NCBI GenBank assembly: GCA_964387845.1
Contig: CAYLXA010000013.1
Coordinates: 25,521-89,520 of the forward strand
Direction of reading: 5' to 3'
DNA length: 64,000 nt
DNA from: an uncultured bacterium
Lineage (GTDB): Bacteria; Omnitrophota; Omnitrophia; Omnitrophales; Abzuiibacteriaceae
The first letter of the stretch is position 1. Every line of letters begins with the position of its first letter. The translations under genes and the position numbers were made by a program. The notes under the pieces were generated by a model. The model saw nothing but the letters and a program-made list of their open reading frames with translations, had not been told where the DNA came from and did not search any database. Positions 54,760-64,000 of this stretch are shown piece by piece.

Positions 54760-55230
54760 ATGCAAAATTCAAATAAAGGTTTTACGCTAACCGAACTTTT
54801 GATTACGATTGCTATCATTGGTATTTTGGCGGCAATTACGCTCCCGCGCTACTTTCAAACCGAAGCCGCGCGGGTTTCAGAAGCAACCTCTATGCTATCA
54901 ATGATACGTTTAGCAGAGGAAAGTTTTCAGGATCAAAATGGCTGCTATGCTTTAGTGGGTTCGTCAGGGACTTCATGCCCGACGCTCGGGGCCACTTGGA
55001 ATGCACTTGGAATAGAAATTCCTGCCAATAACTATTTTGATTACGAAATTGAAGCCGCCTCAGACACCACCTTTTGTGCATCTGCTACAAGAAATGGCAC
55101 AGGAAGTCCACCTGAAGAATATGAAGGTACTACAATTTGTATTGATGAAACCGGAGCTTTTTACGGTGACCATCCCAATGGGCCAAGCATTGGTTCGGCA
55201 TCGACAGGTGGTTGTAATACATTTTGCTAA
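54760..55230 (+). CDS. Type IV pilin or pseudopilin (prepilin-type N-terminus)
   Basis: [21 protein letters not shown] with E+5. The mature domain is 156 aa with Cys pairs. Confidence 0.75.
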   Translation: [156 protein letters not shown]

Positions 55231-55422
55231 TCAGGCATTTATTTTCTAGTATTTCCGGTCATTTTTTCTGTATAACTTCCATATAGCGCTTAAATAAGAT
55301 AATTCACACCGATTTCTCCGCATTGTTTTCATCTTCTGCCATGTTAAACTTTGTACAGGTTTGGCGGAAAGTAGAAATATAAGCTGTTTAAGGATTTCAG
55401 TTTTTATCAACTTTTACAAACT

Positions 55423-55944
55423 ATGACGCCAATAAGAAAAAATAAAAATTCAGAAAAAGGATTTACGCTGCTTGAAGTGATGGTTTCAGCGCTGGTTGTG
55501 TTAACTGCCGCCGCGATCAGCATGCAGCTTTTGCTTGCACCCAAAGAAAAAGTTGTAGAGCTTGAAATGCGCGCCGAAGTATCGCGCTATTTAAATACGC
55601 GCATTCAGGAAGTAAAAGACATGTCTTCGTTTCCGACAACAGGAATTGATGAACAGCACTATTGCAATCCAGGAACCGGGACTGGTTCTTGTAATGCCAA
55701 TATCTGTGGGAATATTTGTAATGCATACAGCAGCAAATGTGGCAGCGCATTAACGGATGATGCGCGGTTACGTGATATGATCAGCCGGATTCCGTCAATG
55801 TGTTTTGTCCACGTTGAAATGAACTTTGATTGCGGAGAACCAGTAGACAGTAGCGAAGCGACCCAGGTTTGTATCAAAGCAGAGTGGCCGAAGAAAGGAA
55901 GCGAGTATTATGAAGAAGCGCTCACTGCTTTTTTGGTTAAATAA
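55423..55944 (+). CDS. Minor pilin (PilV/FimT-like; prepilin N-terminal methylation domain)
   Basis: EKGF-TLLEVMVSALVVL with E+5. The 173-aa protein has a Cys-rich C-terminus. Confidence 0.65.
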   Translation: MTPIRKNKNSEKGFTLLEVMVSALVVLTAAAISMQLLLAPKEKVVELEMRAEVSRYLNTRIQEVKDMSSFPTTGIDEQHYCNPGTGTGSCNANICGNICNAYSSKCGSALTDDARLRDMISRIPSMCFVHVEMNFDCGEPVDSSEATQVCIKAEWPKKGSEYYEEALTAFLVK

Positions 55945-56572
55945 GTTGTTTTCGAGATCTGAAAGAGGCTTGAGTTTAATCGAGCTCATGGTCGCGATCA
56001 GCATTGTGCCGACCGTGATTTTCGCGTCATCTAATTTTCAGCTCTACTCCAGCAAAATCATGAACAATACCTACGACCGTGGTATGCGCTTGTCCGAACA
56101 AATTGTTATATTTCAATACCTAGAACGGACGATGATCAATGGCTCTTCTGCTATTACTCCAGTCGATTATCAAGGGTATCAAGCTTATACCGCGTGCCCA
56201 AATTCTAGTGATTTTAGTTGGAATAATAGATTGGTTATCAATTTGCCTACTAGTAGCGGTGCTGGCCAACCACCGGTTATTTATGATTTTCTGAAAAATT
56301 GTGGGGACACCGCTGCTCTTCTGCAAGTTACCTATGACATGAACGGAGATAGCCTGATTACGGCAAGCGAATTTACCAAAATTTCGTATTTTGGATCTGT
56401 TGATTATCCGGATGAAACTCCAGGTTTTACGGGAAGCAACAACGTGCCGTTTGTTTATGATACAGACAATAAAAAAGTTACAGTGAGACTTGGATTTAAG
56501 TCAACCGATCCAAATAGCCCGAAAATTACGGTTCCTTTGGAAATTAAATTGAGCGGAGGAAGCGGAACATGA
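55910..56572 (+). CDS. Minor pilin (PilW-like; prepilin N-terminal methylation domain)
   Basis: ERGL-SLIELMVAISIV with E+5. The 220-aa protein overlaps its neighbours in the way minor-pilin operons do. Confidence 0.6.
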   Translation: MKKRSLLFWLNKLFSRSERGLSLIELMVAISIVPTVIFASSNFQLYSSKIMNNTYDRGMRLSEQIVIFQYLERTMINGSSAITPVDYQGYQAYTACPNSSDFSWNNRLVINLPTSSGAGQPPVIYDFLKNCGDTAALLQVTYDMNGDSLITASEFTKISYFGSVDYPDETPGFTGSNNVPFVYDTDNKKVTVRLGFKSTDPNSPKITVPLEIKLSGGSGT

Positions 56573-59500
56573 AATTAATTCATCGCCGAGAATCCGGTTA
56601 TGCGCTTGCGGTGGTGATGTTTGTCCTCGCATTGTGGATTCCGGCTAGCTTAATTCAGGGTTATTTGAAGAATGCCCACATGATCAAGAACCTGTCAAAA
56701 CAGATTTCGGATACCAATCTTAAGTGGGCCACAGAATCAATTGCTAATCGCGCAATGTTTAATTTAAAAAATGCCATTCAGAACAACGGCCTTGATGATT
56801 GCATGTTTTGTCCGCCGACGGACGCAAATCCTCTTTGCGGTAGTTCAACACCTTCCGGCGGAGGAGGATGCCATGTGGCCGGTGTCGAGACTAATTCATT
56901 GGAATGGTTTAACGATATTGATGATACGGTGCCCGGCGTTGGTTTTCAGCAGTCGTTTTTAAATTTTCTTACACCAAACTCAGCATATCTTGCTTCCACA
57001 GTGCAAAGTACCGAAGTTTTGGAATTAAGTGTGAGAGCACTTGAAAATCCTTCACCGGCATCCGGTGTTGCAGTTTTTGATATTGGTGCGAAAGTAAAAC
57101 TTTCGGACCAGGTTGGAAATTTAACGTCCGGTATCAATCAACAATTTAGAATCCGATCGTCTAATATAGCAAGCTTTTCAATTTTCCTTGCTTGCGGCCA
57201 AGATTTTGTGGTGTCTCCGGGCACCAATACGCGTTTGGAAGGACCTATTTACGTTTGTGAAAATGCATTTTTAACACCCAACAAGAACACGGCACTGACC
57301 ATTGCATGTCCGGATTGCGATCGAAATAATCCCGATCCAAACATGTATGCATTGAAAACCAGCGGATCTATTATGTGGGGCGGGCCGGTAAAGATTGGCC
57401 AAACGCCGCCTACCCAAAATAATGCTACAAAACCTTATGAAACAGACGTGTACGGAAAACCCGTTCGTTATCAATTTTTGAGTAATATTGATTCGGGGTG
57501 GACGGGATTTGATACGACTCCGGGAATTGATGGGGCAGAAGCATTGAAGACAAGTATCATTGAAGTGCAAGATGTCCACGGAACCCAAGCAAGTCCTCAA
57601 TTTACGAGATTGATCGGCATGAATACAGCCACAGATCCCATTAGAGCTCCTCCGATTAAATTTGAATTTCTACGCGGCCCTGATCAGCACGTGCCGCCAA
57701 CCACCGCCCATACACCATTGGCTAATTTAAATACGGCGCCTTCCAATACAAACGTTCCAGCTAATAATGTTGTTGTTAATACTTCGCTTGCTTATGACTC
57801 GTTGAATCCAGAGCTTGTAGCGCCATTTATGAGCTCTGAAAATCAAATCTGGCGAAACTTTTTGGATAGTCATTTCCGGACCAGTGTAACGGATATTTAT
57901 TTTTTAGAAGACAAAGCCGCTCTCAGGACTTTGCAAATCGGTTCCGCAAATCCGCGAGATTTAATTGAGTTTGCATCTGATTCTGACAACAGTATTCTTA
58001 AAAATGTAAAGTTTCAATGGGTTGCATTCAACGCGCATAGATATGATCCGAATTTACCGGATCCGCATATTGCCAATTCATCCAGTGATTTTGCGGGTAT
58101 CTCGCTTGATTTTAGAAAGTACGGCTGTACCGGGTCTGTATGCACCGATACAACTACTATTAAAGGAGAAAACCCAACCAATTGGGGGGGCGCGAACGGA
58201 TTTTTGAATTTCCCATCAGTTACTTATCAAGACTGGCGGCGCGGACAATTTCCCATTAAAATTGTCGAATTGGATGTTGGAGCGCTAAAAGATTTGATCG
58301 TTCTGCCGGATGCGGATCCTCCTTCACCAAACGCTACGTATCCATTTCCCCGAAAACCTTTTGTTTTGTATATTGGTTTTGATACCAATTTATCCGCCCC
58401 ATATCATATTTTAAATTCGGTGTTGCGGATCAAGAATGCAGCTGAGTTGCCAGTGAACGGTTTAACCATCGCAACAAATGGATTTGTCCAAATTCAGGGT
58501 GATTACAATATAACAGGCACACCGCCCAGCCATGGCCCCGGCTCAGGGGATGTGTGCGGCATGATTCCGGCTGCGGTTGTGGCAGATCAAATCATGGTTC
58601 TTTCGAATAGCTGGCAGGATTGGACCAATTCAGGGCCGAATGCTCCGGCTTCGTTCGAAGATCCCTTTGTTGGCCCTGGTACAACTTTTCCGGCAGTTGA
58701 CAGTAATCCTAACCTGACGGGTATTCAGCCTTATCCAAAGCATAATTTCAGGTCGCATGTGATTTATCCAAACAAAAATGTGACAGTCAATGCTGTCTTG
58801 GTAGCCGGCGGTCTTAATGAGAAGTTGGAGCCTATGGATGTAGCAAGTTCTTTAGCGCGTTCTTTTGATGTAAATCCATTAACAGGATATTCATATGGAC
58901 AGCTTATGTTAAATAATCTCGTATTTCCATGGACTCGGTTTCCATATTTGAGAAATCGGCGCTTATCACAGGATAATACAGGCGTTTGTCCATTTTCTCC
59001 GGGCATTTTTCCGGAAGTTGGAACGCCGCCAACGGCTGCTACTAACCCCGAGTGTTTTGATGTTTCCGGTATCACGAGAATTAAAAGCAATAATTGGAGA
59101 AACACAAGAGTCCAAATCATTGATTATGAACCGCCTGCCGGAAGTTGTAATGGAAATTCACCTTGTATTATTGATTTGGGCCCTATCGGCGATGTTGCTA
59201 CTGCCATTACTATCGGAAGCCAAACTTACAAAGGCTTTTTATATGGCTGTACTTCTTGTAATGGTATGCCAGGCTATACTAGCGCAGCTGATCTTAACGA
59301 TAATATACCGCTTTATATTAAAGTAGATGAAAATGGACGCCATGTGGCGCCTTGTAATCCGGATGGTTTTACGCCTGCCGGAACAGTTGCCTGCGATGAT
59401 CCTTCTGTTGCTGGGTTTTTAAACACGTCTGTGGTTAGTTTGGAAACTGCACATCTTATAACAAAAGTAGAAAATGTTAGCGGAAGCTGGGTCGTGACTT

Positions 59501-60375
59501 CTCCCGATATAGTTCCGGTACCAAATTCACCAGTGAGTCCCAGTGAATACGACTATACGCAGGTGAAGCCAGGCGCCCGGTTTGCAGCTTTTGCACGGCA
59601 CACTTATGATCCTGCGTATCCAAATAATGCGCGCCGCTTGATCATGCCCGATAGTATCACTTTAGGTTGTTGCACAACAAGCGGAGGGTCAACCAGCTGC
59701 CCTTACGTATGTGACGGAAACCCTCCCGGATGCAGCGTAGGTAATATTGGTTCAAACTGTAGTTATTCAACTTATTGTCCGAGTTGTGCCGCAAATATCT
59801 GTGGTGGTGAGGGATGTACGCAATCACCACAAGTGAATCCAAGCTCACTGACCTGCACTGGCATGGGATGGCAATGTCCAACAGCTACAAACGGTTTAGG
59901 CACCTGTTCTACTAGCTGTGCAGTTTCCGGACAAAGTGTTCCAAACCCATACCCCGTGATTCGATATTCAAAAGGAGGTAATACCAGACAAATGGCAGCT
60001 GATCCCTTCAGTGTAACGGCAATGAAATTTGTCTATCTCCCTTATTATGTGCAAAGATACAGCGGCGGGTTTGAAAATATGATCCGTTTTGGGGAAGATT
60101 GGGTTTCTTGGAATTGTTCCGGAAATCCTGCGTCTTGTACGCCATTAACAACCTCAAGGTCGGTAGAATTAAACGGTTCAGTTCATAAGCTTTGGGAATC
60201 TGTAACGCTCAAGAAAGCGGATAACACTTCATTTGCATATTGGGCTCCTGATACATACACGGCACCGAACAGAATTTTCCAATATTCGAGTGAGCTGAAA
60301 CATGAAGAATGCGTGCCACCGGCTATGCCGCGCGCAACGCCTGAAAGCGAAGATTTGAATGTGAGGAGATTTTAA
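56569..60375 (+). CDS. Large pilus-associated protein with a PilX-like N-terminal anchor (1268 aa). Possibly a tip adhesin.
   Basis: The N-terminus is RRESGYALAVVMFVLALWI, a PilX-N-like hydrophobic segment without E+5. It is followed by a long extracellular region that is Cys-rich toward the C-terminus. It sits at the pilX/pilY1 position of a fimU-pilVWXY1E-like operon. Confidence 0.55.
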   Translation: MKLIHRRESGYALAVVMFVLALWIPASLIQGYLKNAHMIKNLSKQISDTNLKWATESIANRAMFNLKNAIQNNGLDDCMFCPPTDANPLCGSSTPSGGGGCHVAGVETNSLEWFNDIDDTVPGVGFQQSFLNFLTPNSAYLASTVQSTEVLELSVRALENPSPASGVAVFDIGAKVKLSDQVGNLTSGINQQFRIRSSNIASFSIFLACGQDFVVSPGTNTRLEGPIYVCENAFLTPNKNTALTIACPDCDRNNPDPNMYALKTSGSIMWGGPVKIGQTPPTQNNATKPYETDVYGKPVRYQFLSNIDSGWTGFDTTPGIDGAEALKTSIIEVQDVHGTQASPQFTRLIGMNTATDPIRAPPIKFEFLRGPDQHVPPTTAHTPLANLNTAPSNTNVPANNVVVNTSLAYDSLNPELVAPFMSSENQIWRNFLDSHFRTSVTDIYFLEDKAALRTLQIGSANPRDLIEFASDSDNSILKNVKFQWVAFNAHRYDPNLPDPHIANSSSDFAGISLDFRKYGCTGSVCTDTTTIKGENPTNWGGANGFLNFPSVTYQDWRRGQFPIKIVELDVGALKDLIVLPDADPPSPNATYPFPRKPFVLYIGFDTNLSAPYHILNSVLRIKNAAELPVNGLTIATNGFVQIQGDYNITGTPPSHGPGSGDVCGMIPAAVVADQIMVLSNSWQDWTNSGPNAPASFEDPFVGPGTTFPAVDSNPNLTGIQPYPKHNFRSHVIYPNKNVTVNAVLVAGGLNEKLEPMDVASSLARSFDVNPLTGYSYGQLMLNNLVFPWTRFPYLRNRRLSQDNTGVCPFSPGIFPEVGTPPTAATNPECFDVSGITRIKSNNWRNTRVQIIDYEPPAGSCNGNSPCIIDLGPIGDVATAITIGSQTYKGFLYGCTSCNGMPGYTSAADLNDNIPLYIKVDENGRHVAPCNPDGFTPAGTVACDDPSVAGFLNTSVVSLETAHLITKVENVSGSWVVTSPDIVPVPNSPVSPSEYDYTQVKPGARFAAFARHTYDPAYPNNARRLIMPDSITLGCCTTSGGSTSCPYVCDGNPPGCSVGNIGSNCSYSTYCPSCAANICGGEGCTQSPQVNPSSLTCTGMGWQCPTATNGLGTCSTSCAVSGQSVPNPYPVIRYSKGGNTRQMAADPFSVTAMKFVYLPYYVQRYSGGFENMIRFGEDWVSWNCSGNPASCTPLTTSRSVELNGSVHKLWESVTLKKADNTSFAYWAPDTYTAPNRIFQYSSELKHEECVPPAMPRATPESEDLNVRRF

Positions 60376-63056
60376 TGAAGTGGCTCCAGCGGTTTAAACT
60401 GATAAAAGGAATCACGTTATTCGAATTGATCGTTGTTATTGCGATCATTGGAATATTGGCAGCCGTCGGTGTTCCAAGTTTTGAAAGCATGATCAAAAAG
60501 CGTGAGCTCAAGAATGCAAGCGAAAATCTTTTCTCCATTCTAAACGGAATTCGTTCATGGGAACTCCAGCATCCTCAATCTTTATTCCCCGGAGAAGTGT
60601 ACGATGCTGATTTTTGGGTAAATAATTGGAAGTCTAATTTAACGTCCCAATATCTCAGCAAAATGAACGACAAAACACCCGATAACCCTCTTTTACTTAC
60701 ATTGGAAAGTGGGGTTCGGAAAATAGAGTACTATTTAGCGCCTCATGCGGCTGATTTTCTCCACATTTATGGTACATATTCGGTAAATAATAATCCGCAG
60801 GGTTTTGTTTATCTAACTTATGACGGAATTTTGAGTACCGAATCAGTCGTGCCAGGCACATGTCCTAACGGAGTGTTGGGCCCTGGAGAGCAATGCGAAA
60901 ATGATTTTCATTGCGCTGGTGTAGCGACCTGTAACACAGCGACATGCACTTGTTCGGGCGGGGGCGGTTCATGCGGAGATGGGACTGTCAATAACGGTGA
61001 ACAATGCGATGATAACAACACTATATCCGGCGATGGCTGCAGCTCAACGTGTCGAGATGAAGTCTGCGGTGACGGCATTAAACAGGATGACGAGGGTTGC
61101 GATGGCAACCCAAATCAGTGTCCTCCGATTGCGGGTAATAATGTAGTTTGTACAACTGCCTGCGAATGTTCTTATAGTCCGATTGGAAATGCTTTGTGCG
61201 GTGACGGAACTGTTACTGCTCCGGAATTGTGTGACCGTGGAAATTTGCCGATTATTCCAGCTATTGGATGTCCTGTTGGATCGGTTTGTGCTGGCGATTG
61301 CAAGTCTTGTTGTGGTGACGGTATTTTAACGCCATCTAGTTCAGAAGTTTGCGATATCGGTGTCGGGTGCGGAGCAATCACGGGTTCTGTTTGTAATTCA
61401 ACTTGTTCTGCCTGCGAATGTCCGTCGGGAGAAAGTGAGAATCCGCCGGGTTCAGGCCATTGTTGTCCGACGGGAACCTCATGGAACGGATCAAGCTGCA
61501 GCGCTTGCGGGAATAACGCGCTGGATGTTGGCGAGATTTGCGACGAGTCGGCTTTTCCCAACGGCTGTCCGTTTGATCAGGAGTGTAACGCTGCTTGTAA
61601 TGCATGTTCCTGTCCGGCCGGAACTGCTTTGAGCAATTATCATTGCTGCCCGGTCGGTTCAGTGTGGAACGGCCATGACTGTACGACTTGCGGTGACGGC
61701 GTAAAATCCGGCTGGGAACAGTGCGATCCAACCGATCCTGATGCAGCAGATCAAACGTGTACGCCTTACACGCCGTCCGGCCTACCGGGTTGCGGCATGA
61801 TGGGAAAATCCGAACGTTACTCTTTGCAAAGCGGTTCAGTTGAAGAAATTTTATCCGAACAAATGTCTTATTATAACCTTTCTAAATCAGGCCCGGCACC
61901 GATGGCAGACCCTTGTCCGCCTGGTTCGCCTCAACCGAGATATTGTCAGGAGTGCTTATGTGTTCCCGGATCAGGCGGAATTTGCGGCAATAATCTTCTG
62001 GAAACAGGCGAGCAATGCGACGACGGCAATACAACTTCAGGTGATGGCTGCAGTGCAAGCTGTCAGCAGGAATATTGTGGTGACTCAGTCATTCAACCTG
62101 GTTTAAATGAGCAGTGCGACAATAGCGCTTGTGCCCCCAATCCGAACCCTCCTCCGCTTGGGACACCTCTATTTTGTATGAACTGTCAATGCCAGTGTGT
62201 GCCATTTTTGTGTAGTCAGGGCAGTGTTCCTAATATGGAAACTTGTTCGTGCGATCCGATGCCTTGTGATAGTACATCCGATTGCGATGATCAAAATGAA
62301 TGTACGGATGATAGCTGTGATTTAACCGCGGGGCATTGCGTATTTGATGGCACCGGCATGAACGGTCTGGCTTGCGATGATGGAGATATCTGCACAACAG
62401 GTGAACAATGCGACGCCGGAATTTGTATCGGCGGAACAGCCACATCGTGCGATGACGGAAATCCGTGCACAACCGACGTATGTGATTATGATACCGGCTG
62501 TATAAATCAAAATTTACCGAATGGAACTTCCTGCGCTGACGCAGATTTGTGTGATGGCGATGAAGTTTGTGATAACTTTGGCGTTTGTCAACCCGGAGTG
62601 TCGGTGGTCTGCACAGCGCTGGATCAATGTCATGACGTTGGCGTTTGCGATCCGGGAACCGGTGTCTGCTCGAATCCTATCAAAGCCGACGGCACAAGTT
62701 GTGTTCATCCGAATTCAAGCCAAACGTGGGATCATGACGGTAATCCCGGCACTCCTGAAATCCCGGTGTATGATAACGAATGTTATCTCCAGGAATGTAT
62801 CGCTGGCGCATGTCAATTTACAACCGGTTTATATGATTCAAATGAATGTGATTATGATGGACTACCGCAAAGCGGCTGTAACTATGAAACATGCAGCGCT
62901 GGATGGTGTATTCCGGATACTCCCGGCTGTCCCGGCGGCAGTTGCGTAGATTGTCCCAACCAAATCGGATCGCCAATTGCAGCATGCGGCGGCTCTCTTT
63001 GCGCTCAGTCTTCTGCCGATCCGCTTGACCCCAGTTTGGGGTATTGCTGCGCATAA
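60375..63056 (+). CDS. Giant type IV pilin (893 aa). A prepilin N-terminus is fused to a ~740-aa Cys-rich repeat domain made of Myxococcus-type and Dictyostelium/EGF-like repeats.
   Basis: [20 protein letters not shown] with E+5. Myxococcus-type units: [27 protein letters not shown] at ~60969..61075 and [27 protein letters not shown] at ~61982..62088. A Dictyostelium/EGF-like unit [13 protein letters not shown] is also present. This gene is last in the operon. Confidence 0.7.
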   Translation: [893 protein letters not shown]

Positions 63057-63102
63057 TACGGCTAATCGCCGATTTACACCTAAAAATAATCTAAAAATAA
63101 TG

Positions 63103-63131
63103 TTGACATAGATTTTATCTAATCATATAAT
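63103..63131 (+). promoter_or_regulatory. Perfect consensus sigma70 promoter, TTGACA-17-TATAAT
   Basis: ttgaca at 63103..63108, a 17-nt spacer, then tataat at 63126..63131. It lies 335 nt upstream of the 16S 5' end. Confidence 0.6.
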
Positions 63132-63277
63132 CTCTCACTTTTGGGAGAGGCTCTGAGTAGTAATTCCTACCATAGTTGTAAGTCCCATACGGTCATTAAT
63201 AAATTAAATTTTGTGATTGCAGAAGACGATAAATTGGTTCGTCGTCTTTATTGAAAACTTTTGTCTTAAAAATAAAG

Positions 63278-63330
63278 GACGCCCTTACTTAGAAAAGGGC
63301 GTCCTTTATTTTCTGTTTTTTTGCTCTTTC
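63278..63330 (+). promoter_or_regulatory. boxB-like hairpin followed by a boxA-like TGCTCTTTC in the rRNA leader. Alternatively it is an intrinsic terminator.
   Basis: aaaggacgccctt acttagaa aagggcgtccttt is a perfect 13-bp stem. It is followed by attttctgtttttt, then tgctctttctta, which resembles the boxA consensus GCTCTTTAACAA. Confidence 0.45.
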
Positions 63331-63437
63331 TTATAGTTTGAATTTGTGCGAGGGTCAATGTCTCAACATATGAGTCCAAGTCAGTTGAGCTTCATATATA
63401 TGTATGAAGTTTGATTGACGAAAGATTCAAATACTAA

Positions 63438-64000
<563 letters not shown>

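Noticed and set aside
63140-63315. tRNA or tmRNA in the promoter-to-hairpin interval
   Set aside because: I found no GTTCGAATC-type T-loop or acceptor-stem pattern. It is retained only as an unspecified small-RNA possibility within the rrn-leader finding.

Overview
This 64 kb window reads as a chromosomal segment from a Gram-negative-type bacterium. My reading of the partial 16S rRNA at the 3' end suggests a PVC-superphylum or candidate-phylum lineage, but that call is low confidence.

The first ~20 kb is all minus-strand. It carries the F0 ATP synthase genes (atpZ-like, atpB, atpE, atpF, and the start of atpH), two transporters (an ArsB/NhaD-type permease and a CPA1 Na+/H+ antiporter with an RCK domain), and a tightly packed trehalose cluster (otsA, otsB, a duplicated-domain hypothetical, TreT-like). 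It ends with a complete 11-subunit complex I operon (nuoABCDIHJKLMN, no nuoEFG) that has a near-consensus sigma70 promoter.

Coordinates 20371..31257 are a single 3628-aa ORF. It encodes a secreted protein with at least four pectate-lyase-type beta-helix modules, three of which are homologous copies. It also has calcium-binding TSP3-like aspartate repeats, FN3/PKD-like domains, InlB-B-type repeats, a Myxococcus-type cysteine-rich repeat and a ~435-aa Dictyostelium/EGF-like cysteine-repeat region.

The middle of the window holds housekeeping and cofactor genes: peroxiredoxin, a Nudix hydrolase, a LacI-family regulator with two identical palindromic operators, ferredoxin-type sulfite reductase, a CysO-pathway set (mec, moeZ, cysM), thiC, nadA, ispG, and two paralogous MqnE/MqnC/CofGH-family radical SAM genes. 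It also carries an abrB/phd-like antitoxin with a doc toxin, a Zn-ribbon/SDR fusion, a Uup-like ABC-F protein, queF and greA.

The last ~9 kb is a type IV pilus-like minor-pilin operon: two pilins, PilV- and PilW-like minor pilins, a 1268-aa PilX-N-domain protein and an 893-aa pilin. The 893-aa pilin carries a large cysteine-rich extension built from the same repeat types found in the 3628-aa protein. The operon is followed by a perfect consensus promoter, a boxB/boxA-like leader and the 5' part of a 16S rRNA gene.

I read the giant beta-helix protein and the giant-pilin operon together as a candidate attachment or predation surface system, and this is the main hunt result. The window also contains at least four families of palindromic, MITE/REP-like intergenic repeats. 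One of these is a TAAGT-heptad family flanking a four-helix-bundle gene inserted into the cysteine-biosynthesis cluster. No CRISPR array or tRNA gene was seen.
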